Shown here one piece after another: positions 50,623 to 59,124 of a stretch of DNA of 64,000 bases. The position numbers were made by a program, and so were the translations under genes. Numbering within the stretch: the first letter of the stretch is position 1; the number at the start of each line of letters is the position of its first letter. Under the pieces are notes generated by a model. That model saw only the letters and a program-made list of their open reading frames with translations. It was not told where the DNA came from and did not search any database. The DNA comes from an uncultured Candidatus Rokubacteria bacterium (GTDB taxonomy: Bacteria > Methylomirabilota > Methylomirabilia > Rokubacteriales > CSP1-6). Where the stretch lies: NCBI GenBank assembly GCA_963789955.1, contig CAWBMV010000021.1:32001-96000 (forward strand), read 5' to 3'.

Positions 50623-51660
50623 ATGACGATCGCCTTGCCGAAACGCCTGGGCTTCTTCACGCGCCTGCTCGATCAGGCGGACCCCGCCGAGCGGTACCGA
50701 CTGGCGACCGAGCAGATCATCCACGCCGAACGATTCGGGTTCGATTCGGCCTGGATCGCCCAGCACCATTTCCATGAAGACGAGGGCGGCCTTCCCGCGC
50801 CGTTCGTCTTTCTCGCGCAGGTCGCTGCCCAGACATCGCGGATCCGCCTCGGGACGGGGATCGTGACCCTGCCGCTCGAGATGCCGATCCGGGTCGCCGA
50901 GGACTCGGCGGTGCTCGACCTGATGTGCGGCGGCCGCCTCGAAGTCGGCGTCGGAGGTGGCGGCAACCTTTCCTCCTATGCGGCCTTCGGTCGAAACAGC
51001 GCCGAGCGCACGACCTTGCTCGTCGAGCACCTGCAAGTGCTACGCGACGCCTGGGCAGGGCGGCCGCTCCCCGGAGGGAAGGATCAGATGTATCCGGTAA
51101 ATCCGAGCCTGGTCGAGCGCGTCTGGCAGGCGACGTTCACGGTCGATGGAGCCAGGCGTGCCGGCGCGGCGGGCGACGGTCTCATGCTGTCGCGCACGCA
51201 ACCCCGGCCGGCCAACGCGCCCGATCTGTCGCTGGTCGAGATCCAGAACCCGATGATCGACGCGTACCTGGAGGCGCTGCCGGAAGGCCGCGAGCCCCGC
51301 ATCCTCGCGTCGCGCACCGTGTTCGTCGCCGATGACGGCAACGAGGCCCTGCGTCTGGCCGAAATCGGGCTGGGGCGGCATCGCGCGCGCCTCGCCAGGT
51401 TGGGCCGCGCGACCGGAGACGGATCGGGGCTAGACGCGATGATCACCGCGATGGATGTTCATCTCGGCACGCCGGACACTGTGATCGCCTCGCTCAAGAC
51501 GGACAGCACCCTCGCCCGGTCGACCGACCTCGCGGTGCAGGTGCATTCGATCGATCCGCCGCATCCCTTCATCCTCAGATCGATCGAGCTGGTCGCCGAG
51601 GTGGTGGCGCCCGCGCTCGGCTGGGGACGAGATGCCGCGGGAGTTCGGCGAGTCGCGTGA
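50623..51660 (+). CDS. Luciferase-like FMN-dependent monooxygenase (KPN_01858-like)
   Basis: RLGFFTRLLD, WIAQHHF...EGGLP, LGTGIVTLP.E.P.RVAED, GDGLMLSRTQP, QVHSIDPPH. Confidence 0.85.
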   Translation: MTIALPKRLGFFTRLLDQADPAERYRLATEQIIHAERFGFDSAWIAQHHFHEDEGGLPAPFVFLAQVAAQTSRIRLGTGIVTLPLEMPIRVAEDSAVLDLMCGGRLEVGVGGGGNLSSYAAFGRNSAERTTLLVEHLQVLRDAWAGRPLPGGKDQMYPVNPSLVERVWQATFTVDGARRAGAAGDGLMLSRTQPRPANAPDLSLVEIQNPMIDAYLEALPEGREPRILASRTVFVADDGNEALRLAEIGLGRHRARLARLGRATGDGSGLDAMITAMDVHLGTPDTVIASLKTDSTLARSTDLAVQVHSIDPPHPFILRSIELVAEVVAPALGWGRDAAGVRRVA

Positions 51661-51683
51661 CCACCTGAATCGAGGACGATGAA

Positions 51684-52286
51684 ATGGCAGGAACGGACGC
51701 CGACATTATTGATGCGCTGGTCGGGATCACGCCGGGCTCTCCCCTGGATGCGATCCGCGCCCGGAGACCGGAGGCGCGTGCTCACGCGCAGGCGACGTAC
51801 CGAGCGCTGTTCACGCCGGAATCGCTGGGCAACGTCAGCGCACAGGAACGTTTCGCGGTGGGCGAATTCGTCGCTGGCCTGCATGGCGCCACGGCGATCG
51901 CGGATCGCTATGCCGCGCGGCTCGTCGAGAGCGGCGCGCCGGCGGCGCTGAAGGAAGCGGTCGACGCGGCGATCAAAGAGGCCAAGACCCACGGGCCTTA
52001 CGGCAGCTACCCGGCGGGGCCGCTCAGCGGTGAAGATACGGCCGGTCCGGTCTATCGCGTGGGAGCAGCAACCCGCCGCGCGCTCGGTCCGCGCCTCGCC
52101 GCGGCATTCGAGCACGTGCACATGCTGGTCTTCCACCCGCGTGACGCCGCGCCGGCGGCGCTGCAAGCGTTGCTGGACGCCGGCTGGTCGACGACCGACA
52201 TCGTGACGCTCTCGCAGATCGTCGCCTTCCTGTCCTTTCAGATCCGAGTGGTCATTGGATTGCGCACTCTGGCCGGCCGTCCCTGA
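51684..52286 (+). CDS. CMD-domain protein (Avi_7170-like)
   Basis: DIIDAL.GI.PGS.LDA.R..RP, GPYG.YP.GPLS.ED, HPRDA, GWS...IVTLSQ.VAFLSFQ.RVV.GL. Confidence 0.8.
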   Translation: MAGTDADIIDALVGITPGSPLDAIRARRPEARAHAQATYRALFTPESLGNVSAQERFAVGEFVAGLHGATAIADRYAARLVESGAPAALKEAVDAAIKEAKTHGPYGSYPAGPLSGEDTAGPVYRVGAATRRALGPRLAAAFEHVHMLVFHPRDAAPAALQALLDAGWSTTDIVTLSQIVAFLSFQIRVVIGLRTLAGRP

Positions 52287-52302
52287 CGCGCGAGGTGTCG
52301 AC

Positions 52303-52911
52303 ATGACCGAGAAGGTCCTGGTTCCCCCCGATCACACGGTTCCGACCGCGTTCACCCGAGCGCAGCTCGATTGGCTTCCCTGGCTCGAGCCGCTCGCCGT
52401 GGAGGCGATGACGGAGCGCCACATGGCGAGCCTGGTGGACGCCGCGCGCATGAAATCGCCGTACTTTCGCCTGCTCGCCCGCGACCCAGACGCGCTCGAG
52501 GCCAGAACGCGAACCGATAAAGATATCTTCTACAACCCCGACGCCGGCCTGCCGCGGGCTGAGCGCGAGCTAGCTGCCGCCGCGACGTCCCGCTCCAACG
52601 GATGCCTCTACTGCGCCTCGGTGCACGCGCGCCACGCCGCGACCTACTCGAAGCGCGAGGCCGACGTTCAGCGGCTGCTCGACGGCGGTGTCACCGCCGA
52701 TCTCGGAGAGCGCTGGAATGCGATCGTCGCAGCCTCGGTCGCGCTGACCGCGACGCCGAGCGCGTTCGGGCCGGGGCACGTCGACCGCCTGCGTCGCGCC
52801 GGGCTCGACGATCTGGCGATCTCCGACGTCATCCACGCCGCGGCGTTCTTCAACTGGGCCAATCGCCTGATGCTCTCACTCGGGGAGCCGGCGGCCACGG
52901 CCGGGCCGTAG
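52303..52911 (+). CDS. AhpD-like alkylhydroperoxidase domain protein (Avi_7169-like)
   Basis: RTRTD.DIFYN, RAERELAA...SR.NGCLYCASVH, AFFNWANRLMLSLGEP. Confidence 0.85.
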   Translation: MTEKVLVPPDHTVPTAFTRAQLDWLPWLEPLAVEAMTERHMASLVDAARMKSPYFRLLARDPDALEARTRTDKDIFYNPDAGLPRAERELAAAATSRSNGCLYCASVHARHAATYSKREADVQRLLDGGVTADLGERWNAIVAASVALTATPSAFGPGHVDRLRRAGLDDLAISDVIHAAAFFNWANRLMLSLGEPAATAGP

Positions 52912-52922
52912 CCACTCGGGTG

Positions 52923-53651
52923 ATGGCATCCGATCTCGAGCTCCTCGCTCTCCGCGAGCTGCCGGAGGTTCGCGGACTGCTCCTGGCGTCGGGCGTGATG
53001 CGTCTTCGAATCGCCAGCGACTCCATGCGCCCGACGTTGCGGCCCGGCGACGAGATTGCGGTGCAACCCGAAGCGATCGCGGCCCTTCGGCCCGGAGACC
53101 TGATCGTCTATCAGGTCGGCGGTGATCTCGTTTGTCACCGCGTCGTGCGCTCGAGCGCCGACACCGTGTGGACCCGAGCGGAGACGGCCGATTCTGCTGA
53201 CGATCGGATTGCGTGGGATCAGGTCCTCGGCAGGGTGGTCGAGGTCAGGAAGCGTGGTCTCTGGGTCGGCGTCAAGGTCCTCCTTCGAGGCGCACTGAGT
53301 CCGCCGGTGCATCGCTGGCTTCGGCGCCTGCAAGGGCTCGACGCCTATCGCGCCCTCGTCGGCCCGCTCGTCGCGCCGCGCCTGTCGTACCATCTCGGCC
53401 TGGCCCGAGGCGCCGTCCGCTACGAGTGGCTCGAGCTCGCCGAACATGACGGAGTTCCTGTTCTACCCCCGGCCGCGCGTCCGCACGTGCTCGTCGGAAA
53501 GTGGCGAAAGACCGCCGCCGGGTGGAGCGTGCTGGTCTTTCGCGACTCGGCGTGGCGGTGCGAGAGTGTATATGTACGACTCCGTTATCGCGGGTTGGGC
53601 CTCGAATCGGAGCTGAGTCGCCTGACCGACCTCCTGCTCGAGGCTCGATGA
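52923..53651 (+). CDS. S24/S26-family peptidase (Ser/His type) with C-terminal GNAT-like segment; candidate RiPP leader peptidase
   Basis: SDSMRPTLRPGD, GDLIVY, VCHRVV, LGRV; C-terminal SVYVRLRYRGLGL resembles the GNAT acetyl-CoA loop. Confidence 0.75.
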   Translation: MASDLELLALRELPEVRGLLLASGVMRLRIASDSMRPTLRPGDEIAVQPEAIAALRPGDLIVYQVGGDLVCHRVVRSSADTVWTRAETADSADDRIAWDQVLGRVVEVRKRGLWVGVKVLLRGALSPPVHRWLRRLQGLDAYRALVGPLVAPRLSYHLGLARGAVRYEWLELAEHDGVPVLPPAARPHVLVGKWRKTAAGWSVLVFRDSAWRCESVYVRLRYRGLGLESELSRLTDLLLEAR

Positions 53652-53962
53652 GCTCCCAGCCCTGGGCGGATCACGTCTACGCAAAGAGCCCGGACTATGT
53701 GTATCGGGAGGTCGCGGGCGAATTCATTCTGGTGCCCATCCGGCGCCGATTGAACGAGGTGAACAGTCTCTACGTCCTCAACGAGACGGGCGCCGCGCTC
53801 TGGCGTCGCATCGACGGCACGCACTCAGCGCGAGAGATCATCGACGACTTCACGCAGGAGTTCGACGTGACCCGGGAGCAGATCGCGCAGGACTTCGGCG
53901 TGCTGATCGAAGACTTGCTCTCTGTCCAGGCCATCGAGCGGTCGGTTCGGCCGCGCGCATGA
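53648..53962 (+). CDS. Stand-alone PqqD-family RiPP recognition element
   Basis: 104 aa; REVAGEFILVP, LYVLNETGAALW..IDG, EFDV...Q...D...LIEDL; ATGA overlaps at both ends. Confidence 0.9.
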   Translation: MSSQPWADHVYAKSPDYVYREVAGEFILVPIRRRLNEVNSLYVLNETGAALWRRIDGTHSAREIIDDFTQEFDVTREQIAQDFGVLIEDLLSVQAIERSVRPRA

Positions 53963-54870
53963 TCGAGACGAAGTCGCTGGTCCTGCAGGGCGACCGTGTT
54001 CCGCTGGCTTGCCAGTGGGAGATCACGTGCCGCTGCAATCTGCGGTGCGTGATGTGCTATACGGACTGCTTCAACCGCCCCGACCTGATCCGTACCGAGC
54101 TGGCGACACACGAGATCCTGCGCATCATGGACGAGCTCGCGGCCGCGGGATGCCTCGATCTAATCCTGACCGGCGGTGAGCCGCTCGCACGGCCGGATTT
54201 CTTCGATATCTACGAGCACGCTAAGGCCAAGGGCTTCCTCGTCACGATCTTCACCAACGGCACGCTGATCACCGAGGCCGTGGCCGATCGGCTGGCCACG
54301 CTGCCCCCGCATCGGATCGAGATCAGCCTGCACGGGCTCACGGAACTGACGTTCGAGACGATCACCCGGGGACGGCGCTCGTTTCATCGCTGCCTGCGCG
54401 CCATCCGCTTGCTCCTCGATCGCGGTCTCTCCGTGGTGCTGAAGACGACCGCCATGTCGATCAACCACGACGAGATCCTCGCGATCAAGCAGTACGCGCA
54501 GAGCTTCGGCTCGGTCGGCTACCAGCTCGGCGAAGATCTGCGGCCGGCGCTCGACGGCGACGACGCCCCGCAGCGACTGGCTCTCTCCGAGCCCGAGAGG
54601 CTGCGCCTGATGCGCCAGGATCCGGAGCTGGAGGCCGAGAGCTGTCGAGCGCGCGCGAAGGCCGCCGAGCCGTGCGAGAGCGGGAAGCGCCGATTCCACA
54701 TCGATGCGTACGGGCGGCTCCAGCTCTGCTCCGGCAACCGCCGGATGAGCTACGACCTCCGGCGGGGCTCGTTCAGCGACGGCTTTTACAATGCCCTGCC
54801 GAGCTTTCCCTGCGCCTGGAAGCGCGAGACTCCTCCGGCGCTCGGGCACGCGAGCGCTACTCGTGTCTGA
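53959..54870 (+). CDS. Radical SAM protein 1 (truncated SPASM/Twitch-like C-terminus)
   Basis: WEIT.RCNLRCVMCY, LTGGEP, FTNG; CESG...IDAYG.LQLC; no second CxxC cluster. Confidence 0.9.
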   Translation: MIETKSLVLQGDRVPLACQWEITCRCNLRCVMCYTDCFNRPDLIRTELATHEILRIMDELAAAGCLDLILTGGEPLARPDFFDIYEHAKAKGFLVTIFTNGTLITEAVADRLATLPPHRIEISLHGLTELTFETITRGRRSFHRCLRAIRLLLDRGLSVVLKTTAMSINHDEILAIKQYAQSFGSVGYQLGEDLRPALDGDDAPQRLALSEPERLRLMRQDPELEAESCRARAKAAEPCESGKRRFHIDAYGRLQLCSGNRRMSYDLRRGSFSDGFYNALPSFPCAWKRETPPALGHASATRV

Positions 54871-55972
54871 GGCGCGATCGCTGCCGACCATCGAGTATCG
54901 GGAGTTCAGCCGGCGGCTGCATGAACGCTACGGCGAACGCGATCGGGTCATCAAAGCGCAGCTCGAAGTCACGTATCGCTGCAACCTCCACTGCGCCCAC
55001 TGCTACACCGATCCCTACAACGACCCGAAGCTATTCGGCCGAGAGCTTTCTCTCGGCGAGATCCAGCGGATCATCGACGAGATGGTGGCCCTCGGAATCG
55101 TCTACCTGAATCTCACCGGGGGCGAGATCTTCTCGAGGCCCGATTTCTTCCAGATCTACGACCACGCCTACCGCCAGGGCCTGCTGCTGATGCTCTATAC
55201 CAACGGCACCATGCTCACCCGCGCCATCGTCGAGCGGCTCGAGAAATCTCCGCCCTTCTCCCTCGACATCTCCTGTCATTCCGTGAACGAAGCGGCCTTC
55301 GACCGCTTTACCGGGATTCCCGGGTCGTTCCGGCGATTCATGAGCGGGATGGAGCTGCTCCGGGAGAGTCGCCTGCCCTTCTGCTTCAAGACGAAGGCCA
55401 TGACGTCCAACCTGGGCGAGCTCCAGCAGATTCGGCGATTCGTCGAATCCTTCGGTCGCGGGTTCGGATTCACGACCTCGCTGTCGCCCAGACTGAACGG
55501 CGACCTGGCGCCGCTCGCCTATCGCCTCACCCCGGCCGAGGTCCGAGCGCTGGAGGCCACCGAGCTCGAAACGTCCGGCGACGATGACTCGTGCCGGGCG
55601 ACGTCCGGACTGCCCGCCTCCTCCCCGCCCGAGCAGCTGTACCGCTGCGGCTGCGCGACCAACACGATCCACATCAGCGCGTGGGGCGAGCTCGGGACCT
55701 GCACGCTGGAGTACGAGCATCGCGTCTCGCTACGCGACCATTCACTCAAGGAGGCGATCGCCAAGGTGTTCGCCGCGGTCCGCACGCGGCGATACTCGAC
55801 CGACTCTCCGTGCCGGACGTGTGACATCTACGCCTTCTGCGACAAGAAACCCACGGATGCGCGCCGAGAATGCGGCGATTCCGAAGCGCCGATCGCCTAC
55901 GACTGCGACATCGCGCTCGCGCGCGCCGAACGCGGCCTCGGTCGGACCTTGCCGCACCCACTAGCGCCGTAA
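54863..55972 (+). CDS. Radical SAM/SPASM protein 2
   Basis: EVTYRCNLHCAHCY, LTGGE, YTNG; CGC...ISAWGELGTC...CRTCDIYAFC; GTG start overlapping the previous stop. Confidence 0.9.
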   Translation: MSEARSLPTIEYREFSRRLHERYGERDRVIKAQLEVTYRCNLHCAHCYTDPYNDPKLFGRELSLGEIQRIIDEMVALGIVYLNLTGGEIFSRPDFFQIYDHAYRQGLLLMLYTNGTMLTRAIVERLEKSPPFSLDISCHSVNEAAFDRFTGIPGSFRRFMSGMELLRESRLPFCFKTKAMTSNLGELQQIRRFVESFGRGFGFTTSLSPRLNGDLAPLAYRLTPAEVRALEATELETSGDDDSCRATSGLPASSPPEQLYRCGCATNTIHISAWGELGTCTLEYEHRVSLRDHSLKEAIAKVFAAVRTRRYSTDSPCRTCDIYAFCDKKPTDARRECGDSEAPIAYDCDIALARAERGLGRTLPHPLAP

Positions 55973-55987
55973 GGGAGATCGCGTGTC

Positions 55988-56182
55988 ATGAGCGAACGCG
56001 CCGACAAGAAACCGTACGTCCCGCCCGTGCTCTTTCGGGTCGAGCTCAATCACGAGCAGGCCATTCTCAGTGCCTGCAGCGTGGGCGTCGCCAGCACGAA
56101 GCAGGGCAACGTCGGCGGTGCGTGCAAGAGCAGCTGCAAGCAGGGCAACGGCGCCGGCGACAGCGCGGCGCGCAGCTCATAG
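55988..56182 (+). CDS. Putative RiPP precursor peptide (64 aa)
   Basis: RBS AAGGGAG; MSERADKKPYVPPVLFRVELNHEQAILSAC-SVGVASTKQGNVGGACKSSCKQGNGAGDSAARSS; YxxPxL leader motif, Gly/Ser/Cys-rich core; fills the only gap between rSAM2 and the kinase. Confidence 0.85.
   Translation: MSERADKKPYVPPVLFRVELNHEQAILSACSVGVASTKQGNVGGACKSSCKQGNGAGDSAARSS
56099..56150 (+). repeat. 13-bp direct repeat AAGCAGGGCAACG (KQGN x2) in the precursor core
   Basis: Exact copies at 56099-56111 and 56138-56150, 39 nt apart. Confidence 0.85.
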
Positions 56183-57099
56183 TGAGGATCGACCTTCGGA
56201 TCGGTGGGTACGGCATTCGGCTGGACGAGCCCGACGGCCATCCGGTCCGGCAGTGGCCGCTTCCGCCGTTCGACGCGTTCTCGGTCGCGTCGCAGCCCGA
56301 CGAGCCGCCCGACATCGACCTGACGATCCGGGTCGTGCCCGAGATTCCCGAGCTGTCCGCCGGCGCGCTGATCTTCGATTCGTGCCACGGACTGTGGACG
56401 CTCCACGACGCACCCGACGGCTATGTTCTTCAGTGCGCCGACCCCAGGACGCGCGGCCCGCGGAGTCGAACAGCCCTCGCCAGGGATTTCTCGCGCGGTG
56501 AGATATGGATCTGCGGGCATCCGACCAGGCCGCCGCGGCGCTTCGCGTGGACGCCCACGTATGTCGTCAACCCGATCGTCGAGCTCTGCCTCGTCACCAG
56601 GCTGGCGAGGGACGGCGGTCTGCTCCTTCACGCGTCCGGCGTCCTCGCCGGTCGTGAGGGATACATCTTCACCGGCCCCTCGGGAGCCGGGAAGTCGACG
56701 CTCGCCGACTTCTTCGCCGCGGCCGGCGCCGCGGTCCTGAGCGACGAGCGCGTGATCATTCGCATGATCGCGGGAGCTTTCACGGTCTGGGGCACGCCGT
56801 GGGTCGGCACCGGCCGCCACGCGACGAACGGCGCGGCATCGCTCACGGCCTTGTGCTGTATCAGCCACGCGGGCGGCGGCCACGCCCTGCGCCCGATGCA
56901 TCCGCGTGAGGTGACTGAGCGCCTTCTGGCGCAGACCTTTCTCCCTCACTGGGACCCGGAGGCGATGGATCGTACGCTCGCGTCGCTCGTCGAGATCGCC
57001 GAGCGCGTCGAATGCGCAGGCCTCGCGTTCGCGAAGGATCCTGACGTCGTCGAGTTCCTGACCGATCGGAGTGTCGGCCACGCCGGGGCCCGGTCGTGA
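56182..57099 (+). CDS. HPr-kinase-related P-loop protein (putative peptide kinase)
   Basis: GLLLHASGV, FTGPSGAGKSTL, VLSDE, GTPW; GTG overlaps the precursor stop by 1 nt. Confidence 0.8.
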   Translation: MRIDLRIGGYGIRLDEPDGHPVRQWPLPPFDAFSVASQPDEPPDIDLTIRVVPEIPELSAGALIFDSCHGLWTLHDAPDGYVLQCADPRTRGPRSRTALARDFSRGEIWICGHPTRPPRRFAWTPTYVVNPIVELCLVTRLARDGGLLLHASGVLAGREGYIFTGPSGAGKSTLADFFAAAGAAVLSDERVIIRMIAGAFTVWGTPWVGTGRHATNGAASLTALCCISHAGGGHALRPMHPREVTERLLAQTFLPHWDPEAMDRTLASLVEIAERVECAGLAFAKDPDVVEFLTDRSVGHAGARS

Positions 57100-58154
57100 G
57101 ACATCGGCCGGCCGGGGAATTCTTCGACACGCTCGCCGCCAACGCGCGGCGGGCCCGGGTGCCCGAGGGCGCGACCTTCGAGCTGACCTACGGCTGCAAC
57201 CTGCGCTGCGTGCACTGCTACAACCCCACGCATCGGGTCCTCCCGCACGAGCTGACCACGGTCGAGGTTCACTCGATCCTGGAGCAATGCGCGGACCTCG
57301 GCCTGGCCACGATCTGCTTCAGTGGCGGCGAGCTCTTCGTCAGGCCGGACGTGTTCGAGATCTTCGAGCACGCCAGGCGCCTGGGCCTGATCCTGGAGCT
57401 GATCTCGAACGCCACGCGTATCACGCCCGAGATCGCCGATCGCTTGACGCCGATCGGGTTTCGCCATCTCGCCATCTCGATCTACGGCGCGACGAAGCGG
57501 ACGTACGAGCGCGTGACGAGCGTGCCCGGCTCGTATGACAAGTTCCTCGCCGGCCTTCGCTGCCTCGTGACCCGGGAGCTGCCGCTGACCGTGCGCATGC
57601 CGGTCATGACCGAGAACGCGCACGAAGTCGGCGAGGCTCGCGTCCTCGTCGAGGGCATGGGGATCAGATTCCAGTATTGCCTGGACATCACGCCCGGAAG
57701 CGACGGAGATCTCGGGCCCTTGACGCACCGTCTGAGTCCTGACGCCAAGCTGCGCATCGACCTCGCCATGAAGGGCGATCGCCCGCCGGCCCGGGACGAC
57801 GCGTCGTGCCGCGCGAGCGACGATTTCTTCGGGTGCGCGTGCGGGCATACCCGATTCGCGATCACTCCCTACGGCGAGATGAATCTCTGTGTGGCGTTTC
57901 CATCGCCCCGATACGATCTGCGGACCGGCAGTGTCAAGGCGGGCTGGGAAGTCCTCAAGCGAACGGTGGACGACGCCAGGCCCAGCGCGCGCTACGAATG
58001 TCCGGACTGCGACGTTCGCACCTACTGTCGCCAGGGGCGGAGCGACGCCTGGCTCGAGACGCGCGACATGAGCGCCTGCCTGCCGCACTACAAAGAGCTT
58101 GCGACTCTCGAGAAGGGCCTCGATGAGCACCGACGGCGCCGACGCGCTGATTGA
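57096..58154 (+). CDS. Radical SAM/SPASM protein 3
   Basis: FELTYGCNLRCVHCY, FSGGE, ISNA; CAC...ITPYGEMNLC...CPDCDVRTYC. Confidence 0.9.
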   Translation: MRHRPAGEFFDTLAANARRARVPEGATFELTYGCNLRCVHCYNPTHRVLPHELTTVEVHSILEQCADLGLATICFSGGELFVRPDVFEIFEHARRLGLILELISNATRITPEIADRLTPIGFRHLAISIYGATKRTYERVTSVPGSYDKFLAGLRCLVTRELPLTVRMPVMTENAHEVGEARVLVEGMGIRFQYCLDITPGSDGDLGPLTHRLSPDAKLRIDLAMKGDRPPARDDASCRASDDFFGCACGHTRFAITPYGEMNLCVAFPSPRYDLRTGSVKAGWEVLKRTVDDARPSARYECPDCDVRTYCRQGRSDAWLETRDMSACLPHYKELATLEKGLDEHRRRRRAD

Positions 58155-59124
58155 GGCGTACGCTCAGGTCAGCCTCGCCAACCAGCGGTCGTTTAGGGCG
58201 CTTGCCGTCGTCCTGTCCGAATTCAACGCGCACGGAATCGACGTCCTCGTCCTCAAGGGCGCCGACGTCCTGCCCCGGCTGTACGGGGTCTGGGGCGCGC
58301 GCCCCCTGACCGACGTGGACCTGCTCGTGCGGGACCGCGATCTGCCGGCCATCGATCGCATCGTCAGCGCGCTCGGCTACCAAGCTCTCATCGACGGCAA
58401 TCCCGCCTATCGCGATCCGAACGGGTCGCTCCTGCTCGACATGGTGACGAGCCTCTGGTACGCAGAGGACTCCGAACACGTGTGGCGGCGCGCGGTGCGA
58501 CGCGAGCTGGCCGGCGTCTCGATCCGCGCGATGTGTGCCGACGATCTGCTCGTGTACCTGACGGCGTATTCGGTGCTCCACCGAGGTCACTTCGTGCCGT
58601 CCTTCGCCGTCGATGTCGGCTTGCTCGTGCGCAAGGAGCGGCTGAACTGGGACTACATCATCGAGGAAGCGCGCCGCCGGAATCTGAAGATCCCGCTGTA
58701 TCACGGGCTGTCCTACGCGGCGCGACGCGAGTCCATCCCGATTCACGATCACGTCTGGCGCCGGCTCGCACCCGCTCGAGCCTCCGAGCGGGCGCTGCAG
58801 AGCTTGCTGCGAGCGCTCGTCACGGAGGAGCCCCTGTCCGATCTCGGTCACTTCCTGCTGCTCGTCTCATCACCGGGAGCGCAACGGTGGCGACGACTTC
58901 GCAAAGCCATCTGGCCGTCCGCGACGTTTCTGACCTGGCGATACGGGCCGGCGGGCGCGGCCTCGGCCCTCCGGACGCGGTTCATCAGAGCCGTTCATCT
59001 CCTGGTGAAGGGCGTGATTCTCTCGGGCGCGATCGGCAAGCGTCTCGTTCGTTGCCGGGCGACGACCGCGCCGCCTCGGCTCACGGATCGGAAGGCGGCA
59101 GCGGAACGACCACGAAGCTCGTGA
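58123..59124 (+). CDS. Nucleotidyltransferase family protein (NTP_transf_5-like)
   Basis: F..HGIDVLVLKG...LY....ARPLTDVDLLV (LKG + DxD), later D..LL....LNW. Confidence 0.85.
   Translation: MSTDGADALIEAYAQVSLANQRSFRALAVVLSEFNAHGIDVLVLKGADVLPRLYGVWGARPLTDVDLLVRDRDLPAIDRIVSALGYQALIDGNPAYRDPNGSLLLDMVTSLWYAEDSEHVWRRAVRRELAGVSIRAMCADDLLVYLTAYSVLHRGHFVPSFAVDVGLLVRKERLNWDYIIEEARRRNLKIPLYHGLSYAARRESIPIHDHVWRRLAPARASERALQSLLRALVTEEPLSDLGHFLLLVSSPGAQRWRRLRKAIWPSATFLTWRYGPAGAASALRTRFIRAVHLLVKGVILSGAIGKRLVRCRATTAPPRLTDRKAAAERPRSS

Noticed and set aside
53648..58154. PQQ or mycofactocin biosynthesis
   Set aside because: Precursor lacks ExxxY (PqqA) and IDGxCGVY (MftA); no pqqB/pqqC; the creatininase-family gene is 26 kb away and exported
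52923..59124. Lasso peptide cluster (YxxPxL leader, RRE, kinase, nucleotidyltransferase)
   Set aside because: No asparagine-synthetase-like cyclase or B2 protease in the window; no Thr at -2 with Asp/Glu at core position 7-9
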